Shown here piece after piece: positions 28,503 through 33,836 of a DNA stretch of 33,836 nt; the stretch's first letter is position 1; each line of letters opens with the position of its first letter. The stretch comes from a virus. Where the stretch lies: UHGV virus genome UHGV-0391018, one strand, 5' to 3'. The translations under genes were made by a program, and so were the position numbers. The notes below the pieces were generated by a model. That model ran no database searches. It was not told the DNA's origin and saw only the letters and a list, made by a program, of their open reading frames with translations.

Positions 28503-29227
28503 GGTATATTTTGATTAGTTGGATTTTGTTGCTGATAGTTTTGCTGCTGGCGGTTCGAATCTTGATTTTGGTTTTCCTGTTGTTGACGCTGTAAGTATTG
28601 CTTTTTCCATGACTGTAACTTTTGTAAAGCAATACCGAATTCCGATTCGTTCATATCTTTCAATTCTTTTTCTAACTTAATCTCTGTTTTTAGAGTTCCT
28701 AAGACGTTCACTGAGTTCGCATTTGAGAGGTTTGCTACATGATCAATCAGTTCTTCAATAGCCTGTAACTGCTCTTTGTCAATTACTTTTGGTGGTTGCA
28801 GTGGTTTCTCAGGATCATCACCAGTTGGAATCATAAACAAGCTAGTCAGTGCGTACTTTAATGCTCCTGTTTTCGCTTTGTAGACCGCTTTATCTCCTGA
28901 ATCCTGACCATCACCATAACCGACCATTTTAAACGCTTCTCCGCTGTCTGCATCATTTACAGTGAATTCGATCTCAAGCGTAACTAATTGTTGACTCCCA
29001 TTTCTTGTGGGAATTTGAGTCATGGTCCTACTTAATTCATTTGGGATCATCATCAAATTACGATTAGCCATTTCTTTTCTAACAACATCTTTGATGTCAC
29101 TTTCTAATGCATAGTCGTAATTTTGATGTTTGTTATGTCCATTCTTAGGAATTCTTTCAACGGCTTGCGTAATTTCAACAAGTTTATGCATCAAACCCGA
29201 CTCGACATTCTTTTTTTCTTCTGTCAT
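28484..29227 (-). CDS. erf: ERF-family single-strand annealing protein.
   Basis: It carries the core ...GDKAVYKAKTGALKYALTSLF... and a Q/N-rich C-terminal tail. Confidence 0.7.
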   Translation of the reverse strand: MTEEKKNVESGLMHKLVEITQAVERIPKNGHNKHQNYDYALESDIKDVVRKEMANRNLMMIPNELSRTMTQIPTRNGSQQLVTLEIEFTVNDADSGEAFKMVGYGDGQDSGDKAVYKAKTGALKYALTSLFMIPTGDDPEKPLQPPKVIDKEQLQAIEELIDHVANLSNANSVNVLGTLKTEIKLEKELKDMNESEFGIALQKLQSWKKQYLQRQQQENQNQDSNRQQQNYQQQNPTNQNIPWGQRQ

Positions 29228-29275
29228 GGCTTACCTCCTGTGGTATACTAAAGAAAATAGTTTTTCTTTTGCTCA

Positions 29276-29422
29276 CTAATTGCTTGCCGGCGAAGTGAGC
29301 TTTTTTTGTTCCCAAGCTTTTCTGCGTTCAATATTCTGTTTTGCTAGAATTGTTGACTCGTTATGATGCCACCAACGATCCGCAATGATTTTTCCAATTT
29401 GTAATGCTTCTCTTCTGTTCAT
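29276..29422 (-). CDS. Small hypothetical protein (48 aa).
   Basis: It has an AAAGAGGTGA RBS. It is not in the ORF track because it is shorter than 60 aa. Confidence 0.35.
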   Translation of the reverse strand: MNRREALQIGKIIADRWWHHNESTILAKQNIERRKAWEQKKLTSPASN

Positions 29423-29478
29423 TACTATCTCACCTCTTTCAATTTGATATAATGGTTTAAAAACTGGATGGTGGAATT

Positions 29479-30006
29479 ATGAAATCTTCTGATTGGATTC
29501 AAGTTATTGCTATTTGCCTTACTCTTATTGTGTCTGTCATTTCAATTGTTCAATCGAATAGATCAATTAAATTAACAGAAAAAACTATAGAAGAATCTAA
29601 CAGGCCGTATGTATCTGCATATGTGGATATAATAGATACAACATTTTTTGCAAAGTACTTAGTTTTAAAAAATTTTGGAAATACAATGGCCACTATATCT
29701 AAGCTTACGTTTGAAGGTCTTGAAGAAGACCAAGTAAACAGAAATCGTCAAATGAAATCTTTAGTTGGCGGGTCAATAGCGCCAAACCAGAAATTTTCCA
29801 CTGCGGTTGAACCTGACTTTAGAGGAAACGTAATAGTTCAGATTACTTATTCAGATACTCAGGGGAAAACTTATAAAGATATTTTTCACCTTTACTTTGG
29901 TCAAACTACAGATATGATGTGGCAAAAAGATACTTCAAAAAATCGCTCTGAAGAGGCTAAAGCCATAAATAACGCTGCTCATGCAATAGTAAAAACTCTT
30001 AAATAG
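29479..30006 (+). CDS. Membrane-anchored moron protein (175 aa, one N-terminal TM helix) on the opposite strand. It is a candidate superinfection-exclusion or abortive-infection protein.
   Basis: It is the only + strand gene inside the phage early region. It has its own -10 TATAAT and RBS GGATGGTGG. The N-terminal hydrophobic helix is WIQVIAICLTLIVSVISIV. Confidence 0.55.
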   Translation: MKSSDWIQVIAICLTLIVSVISIVQSNRSIKLTEKTIEESNRPYVSAYVDIIDTTFFAKYLVLKNFGNTMATISKLTFEGLEEDQVNRNRQMKSLVGGSIAPNQKFSTAVEPDFRGNVIVQITYSDTQGKTYKDIFHLYFGQTTDMMWQKDTSKNRSEEAKAINNAAHAIVKTLK

Positions 30007-30007
30007 A

Positions 30008-30124
30008 TCACTTCTTTCTCCTTTTTAATCGCTTAAGTGTCTTATGGTTATCGACCATTATCGGAATTGTTATAACCAATGTTAGTGAAATTGCAACAAT
30101 TAAAATGTAATCTCCAATATTCAT
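30008..30124 (-). CDS. Small hydrophobic peptide (38 aa: TM helix plus a basic C-terminus), translationally coupled to the preceding peptide.
   Basis: The minus-strand junction TAAgATG links it to the upstream peptide. The sequence is MNIGDYILIVAISLTLVITIPIMVDNHKTLKRLKRRKK. Confidence 0.4.
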   Translation of the reverse strand: MNIGDYILIVAISLTLVITIPIMVDNHKTLKRLKRRKK

Positions 30125-30125
30125 C

Positions 30126-30278
30126 TTAGTCAGCCCCCTCGGCTGGCTTTTTCTTTTCCCATCCGATCGCTAGGAGAAAGATACCGATATAGCCGTATGC
30201 TGCCAACATGTTGAAACTCGAAATAATCGGAACAGCTAACATGCACATAATTGTTGTCGCTAGGTTTATTTGCTTCAT
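30126..30278 (-). CDS. Small hydrophobic membrane peptide (50-52 aa).
   Basis: A strong AAGGAG RBS lies 7 nt upstream of the second ATG. The sequence is MKQINLATTIMCMLAVPIISSFNMLAAYGYIGIFLLAIGWEKKKPAEGAD. Confidence 0.45.
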   Translation of the reverse strand: MKQINLATTIMCMLAVPIISSFNMLAAYGYIGIFLLAIGWEKKKPAEGAD

Positions 30279-30293
30279 TGTCATGCTCCTTTT

Positions 30294-30992
30294 CTATGCA
30301 GTTTCTAAATCCAAGCTCATTTGTCGTACTTGCATCTTTGTTGCTGTAGATGGTTCCCAATCATTAATGAAATCTAAGACTGTTTCATAGTGTCTGTTTC
30401 TTAGTTGTGTTCGCGTAGATACACCTGTCACAGCTTTTACACCTGAATTGATATCTTTATGAAGTTTTCCTCGTTGTTCTTGAGTAAGTTTCCCAAATCC
30501 TCTGGCAACTTCCGAAACTCGCTGATTGATTCGACGACTGATATATCCGTAATCGCCAGCGCTGAGTACTGTGTTCTCTTCTAAATCAGCAACACGAGTA
30601 TCTAGTTCATCAACACGCTGATTCGTTTCTTCGCTAGCTTGCAGCGCTAGTAAGACTTGCTCACGAGGTGTAGTAGCTACCTTCGATTGTTGTTTGGTAT
30701 TTTCTTCCATCTGATTGAATCGACTTACATATTTTGCGGTAAACTGAACTCCCTTTGCTCCAGTCAATTTGTTAGATACCAGTTCGCAACCTTGCTTAGT
30801 TAATAAGTAGTTCGGCAAATCCTTATTTTGTTCACTCTTATAAGTAGATTCAATGAAAAATTCGGAAGAGCCAATTTTGGCTTCTCCTAAATATCCAATG
30901 TAAGTTCGGATATCTCGAATCAATTTACTGTGTTCTTTCCCGATCATGTCAGCTACTTCGTTGCTTGTTATTGTTTGTGATAATTGATTCAT
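30294..30992 (-). CDS. Rha-family phage regulatory protein / antirepressor.
   Basis: The N-terminal ...SNEVADMIGKEHSKLIRDIR... resembles the Rha (ORF6N) domain. Its position next to cro is typical. Confidence 0.6.
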   Translation of the reverse strand: MNQLSQTITSNEVADMIGKEHSKLIRDIRTYIGYLGEAKIGSSEFFIESTYKSEQNKDLPNYLLTKQGCELVSNKLTGAKGVQFTAKYVSRFNQMEENTKQQSKVATTPREQVLLALQASEETNQRVDELDTRVADLEENTVLSAGDYGYISRRINQRVSEVARGFGKLTQEQRGKLHKDINSGVKAVTGVSTRTQLRNRHYETVLDFINDWEPSTATKMQVRQMSLDLETA

Positions 30993-31034
30993 TTTATCTC
31001 CTCCTAAACTTATAGATATTCAAGTTTATCTAAA

Positions 31035-31163
31035 TCATCTATCCTGTTTTCTTATCGACTCCAGTTTTATTTGGTAAACAAAGCGCCCGAAATCTTCTGG
31101 TAGCTTAATTTTCGATAAATCCGGAATTACTTTCCCATTAACGTCATAATTAGTAATAATCAT
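31035..31163 (-). CDS. Small hypothetical protein (42 aa).
   Basis: A strong AGGAGGGG RBS precedes it. It is shorter than 60 aa and so is not in the track. Confidence 0.35.
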   Translation of the reverse strand: MIITNYDVNGKVIPDLSKIKLPEDFGRFVYQIKLESIRKQDR

Positions 31164-31203
31164 TTAAGCCCCTCCTGCTTAATATGTTTCTTTTACGATA
31201 CTT

Positions 31204-31419
31204 CTAACTAAAAAAAATTTCTAATACTTTTTCACTAGGTAATTTAAGCACTTTAGAAATAGCTTGAATCTCTAGTCTAGTGAAGTCGCTGCTACCGTTC
31301 TTTTTCTTATAAAATGCGGAACGACTCATACTTACTCCATAGCTTTTTAAAGCAATAAGTAAATCATTTACTTTCATCTTTTGAGCGACCATACTTGCGG
31401 CTAAAAGCTCTTCTCTCAT
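31204..31419 (-). CDS. cro: Cro-like small DNA-binding protein, the first gene of the early lytic operon.
   Basis: It is a 71-aa basic protein divergent from the CI-like repressor, with an AGAGGGGG RBS. Confidence 0.5.
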   Translation of the reverse strand: MREELLAASMVAQKMKVNDLLIALKSYGVSMSRSAFYKKKNGSSDFTRLEIQAISKVLKLPSEKVLEIFFS

Positions 31420-31594
31420 GTTTGTGACCCCCTCTCTTCATGTATCGTTTACGATACTTATATTAGCATTATATTAAATGATCGTCAACACTAAAATATC
31501 GAAAAGTACACTATTTTTGTTTTTTAAAGATATATGTGTTTACAATACGATACACAAATGATAAAATCCTACTATAAAAGGAAGGTGATTAGGA
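31420..31594. promoter_or_regulatory. Genetic switch region with divergent promoters and TACGATAC-type operators.
   Basis: P_R (minus) is TTGACG, 17 nt, TAATAT, with the palindrome GTATCGTTTACGATAC (31442..31457) just downstream. P_RM-like (plus) is TTTACA, 17 nt, TAAAAT, overlapping TGTGTTTACAATACGATACACA (31535..31556). Confidence 0.55.
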
Positions 31595-32191
31595 GTGGGA
31601 AATTTTGATTTAAAAGAACGACGAGAACAATTGAATCTTTCTCAAGAAGAAGTCGCACACGCTATTGGAGTAACTAAGGCGACTGTGAGTAAATGGGAAA
31701 AGGGAGATATTGCAAATATGAAACGGGATAAAATATCTCAACTCTCTAAAGTTTTAAAAGTCAGTCCCTTATCGATTTTAGGTATGGAAGATGTAAGTAG
31801 TGAGAAACGCGTATTAATACCTATTCTTGGGGTTATAAATTGTGGAAATCCAATATTAGCTGAGGAAAACATCGAAGGGTATCAAGAAGAAATTGAAGAA
31901 ACCTTACCTTCAGGAAATCTCTTCTATCTACGAACAAAAGGAGATTCGATGATGCCTACCATTCAGGAAAACAGTAAAGTGTTAATTCGCCAACAACCTT
32001 CAGTAGAGGATGGGGAAATCGCTGCTGTGTTAGTCAATGGTGATACTGAAGCTACTTTAAAACGAATTAAGCATCAAAACGGAATTGTAATGCTGTTGGC
32101 GGACAACTCAAAATATGCGCCAATTATTATTACACCTGAAACACCCGCAAAAATATTAGGCAAAGCCGTTAAAGTAAGCTTTGATCTTTAA
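31595..32191 (+). CDS. CI-like repressor: XRE HTH plus an S24 LexA-type autopeptidase domain.
   Basis: The N-terminal HTH is LSQEEVAHAIGVTKATVSKWEKG. The C-terminal ...KGDSMMPTI... and ...LKRI... supply the Ser/Lys dyad region. Confidence 0.85.
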   Translation: MGNFDLKERREQLNLSQEEVAHAIGVTKATVSKWEKGDIANMKRDKISQLSKVLKVSPLSILGMEDVSSEKRVLIPILGVINCGNPILAEENIEGYQEEIEETLPSGNLFYLRTKGDSMMPTIQENSKVLIRQQPSVEDGEIAAVLVNGDTEATLKRIKHQNGIVMLLADNSKYAPIIITPETPAKILGKAVKVSFDL

Positions 32192-32307
32192 AAAAATACA
32201 GATACTCTCCCCGACCAAAGTTTGAGTATCTGCATTGGATTATGTGAAACCTAGGGTGCAGGTTTCTTTAATGTACCCTATTTTATCAAAAAATAGGAGG
32301 AATTACT

Positions 32308-33756
32308 ATGAAAGCAGCAATTTATGTAAGAGTATCAACCATGGAACAAGCTGAGGAAGGTTATTCACTTGACGAGCAAGTAGATAAACTAAAAAAATAC
32401 TGTGAGATAAAAGGATGGAGTATTTATAAAATCTATAGAGATGGCGGTTTTAGCGGTGCAAACACTGACAGACCTGGTTTATCTGAGATGATCAACGATG
32501 CTAAGTTAAATTCTTTCGATACTGTTTTGGTATATAAATTAGATCGTCTTTCTAGATCCCAAAAGGATACTCTCTATCTAATAGAGGATATCTTAGCAGC
32601 AAACGATATAGCATTTGTGAGCTTGAATGAAAATTTTGATACTAGCACCGCATTTGGGAAAGCTATGATTGGTATACTTGCCGTGTTTGCTCAACTTGAG
32701 CGCGAACAAATAAGAGATCGGTTATTAATGGGGAAAATCGGACGTGCAAAATCTGGAAAAGCTATGGCATGGGGAATTCCTCCTTTTGGTTATGTGCTAC
32801 CAGAATCAAATCGAGAAAAGTATGAAATTGTTCCAGTAGAAGCAGAAATTGTGAAAAAAATATATAACGATTATATTGCAGGAAAACTTGTGGCAAAAAT
32901 CTGCGATGAACTCAATGCAGAGGGACATATTGGAAAAGGAGAACCTTGGGTTCATGCAAATATGAAAAGGACTTTGACTAACCCTGTATATGCTGGATTT
33001 ATTCGTTATAAAGGTGAAGTATTCGAAGCGAACCATGAACCTATTGTCAGTAAAGAAACCTTCGATTTGGTACAAGAACAAATTGAACTAAGGCAAACAA
33101 GAGCTTACCAGAAATTCAATAATCCTCGCCCATTTCAGGCAAAGTATCTTTTATCAGGATTAATTAAGTGTGGCATCTGTGGAGCTCGTTTTGAAATAAT
33201 TCAATACAAGCCAAGAGCCGATGGAAGTAGAATCAGATACTACAAATGTGTATCATATTCTCCCAAGAGTCATGCTCCTTCAATGTGGAAAAATTCAAAT
33301 GGATGTACATCTCCAAAATACTATCTTGATGGCTTAGAACAAGAACTCCTTTCTGAATTGGAGAAACTTAGAGATGATCCAAGCTTAATAAACTCACATG
33401 TTTCAAAAACAAAACAAATCGATGTTAGTGGTCTCAATAAACGATTAAAGACTTTAAATAACCAGTTAAAAAAATTAGTGACTCTTTTCATTGATAATGA
33501 TTTCCCAAAGGACGTTATTGAAAACAAGAAGAAGATAATAATGGACGAAAAAAAGTTAATACTTGAGAAGATAACCGAAGCTGAAAGTATCAAACCAGAA
33601 GTTAGCACAAATGAGGTTATAGATGAGTTAGGGCAAATCAAAGTAAGTATGTTTGATCTAGATTATGAGGAACAAAAGAGGATAGCCAGAAAACTTATAA
33701 AAGAAATTATACTTTATCCCGATAAGATGGAGATTCACTGGGCTTTTGCAATTTAA
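32308..33756 (+). CDS. int: Large serine recombinase (integrase).
   Basis: The N-terminal resolvase catalytic domain is AIYVRVSTMEQ...YKLDRLSRS. It has a recombinase domain and a C-terminal zinc ribbon/coiled coil (CGICG...YYKC). Confidence 0.9.
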   Translation: MKAAIYVRVSTMEQAEEGYSLDEQVDKLKKYCEIKGWSIYKIYRDGGFSGANTDRPGLSEMINDAKLNSFDTVLVYKLDRLSRSQKDTLYLIEDILAANDIAFVSLNENFDTSTAFGKAMIGILAVFAQLEREQIRDRLLMGKIGRAKSGKAMAWGIPPFGYVLPESNREKYEIVPVEAEIVKKIYNDYIAGKLVAKICDELNAEGHIGKGEPWVHANMKRTLTNPVYAGFIRYKGEVFEANHEPIVSKETFDLVQEQIELRQTRAYQKFNNPRPFQAKYLLSGLIKCGICGARFEIIQYKPRADGSRIRYYKCVSYSPKSHAPSMWKNSNGCTSPKYYLDGLEQELLSELEKLRDDPSLINSHVSKTKQIDVSGLNKRLKTLNNQLKKLVTLFIDNDFPKDVIENKKKIIMDEKKLILEKITEAESIKPEVSTNEVIDELGQIKVSMFDLDYEEQKRIARKLIKEIILYPDKMEIHWAFAI

Positions 33757-33836
33757 CAATATTTACTAACGTTGTTCACAATAATAGATAGTTAATATTG
33801 TCGTGAATTTTAATAGTTTGTTCGCTTTACAAACCA

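Larger units (their letters stand above)
2224..33836 (-). mobile_element. Integrated temperate siphovirus prophage. Gene order runs lysis-tail-head-packaging-late regulator-replication/recombination-lysogeny switch-large serine integrase. The integrase-side att site is probably at or beyond the window end.
   Basis: A contiguous minus-strand phage gene set ends with XhlA/holin/endolysin and a terminator near 2417..2450. A divergent CI/Cro switch and a large serine recombinase sit at 31204..33756. The recognisable SSB, portal, terminase, TMP and MCP products are all phage-typical. Confidence 0.8.

Noticed and set aside
1-33836. 8-bp reverse-complement match between the window start (GAACAAAC) and the end (GTTTGTTC), as possible terminal inverted repeats
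   Set aside because: It is too short to distinguish from chance in 34 kb of AT-rich DNA.
1-33836. CRISPR arrays, IS elements or transposases
   Set aside because: No regularly spaced direct repeats or transposase-like ORFs were seen on either strand.

Overview
The window is almost entirely one complete temperate siphovirus prophage, about 31 kb, of a low-GC Firmicutes (Lactobacillales/Enterococcus-like) host. It is bounded on the right by a large serine recombinase (32308..33756, +). It is bounded on the left by a lysis cassette of XhlA, holin and a GH25-LysM endolysin (4419..2545, -), followed by an intrinsic terminator. All other phage genes are on the minus strand, in this order from the recombinase end:
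- CI-like S24 repressor (+), divergent from Cro
- Rha antirepressor
- a moron island
- ERF, DUF1351, replisome organizer with internal iterons, SSB
- small early genes, then the ArpU late activator
- an ~840-nt ORF-free structured region
- TerS, TerL, SPP1-like portal, head morphogenesis protein, scaffold, MCP
- connectors, MTP, chaperones G/GT, a 996-aa TMP, Dit, Tal, RBP
- the lysis genes
The left 2.2 kb appears to be flanking DNA on the + strand: a YolD-like gene, two small genes, an S49/SDH-family peptidase and a small gene. This block ends in a + terminator that abuts a minus-strand tRNA-like gene with an aberrant anticodon arm.

Four observations stand out:
(1) A ~450-nt highly structured, ORF-free RNA element lies between ArpU and the late operon. 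It is ended by a UUCG-tetraloop intrinsic terminator, contains a tRNA-like T-arm/acceptor motif and nested long-range stems, and resembles the large ornate prophage ncRNAs (ROOL/GOLLD class) of Lactobacillales.
(2) A moron locus lies between the antirepressor and the recombination genes: an opposite-strand membrane-anchored protein convergent with two translationally coupled small hydrophobic peptides.
(3) Two textbook -1 programmed frameshift sites add Ig-like domains: CCCAAAA at the MCP 3' end leads into a Big_2 domain, and AAAAAAA at the MTP 3' end leads into an FN3 domain. A possible third shift lies at the G/GT chaperone junction.
(4) The endolysin carries an N-terminal Sec-type signal peptide.
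No CRISPR array or transposase was seen.
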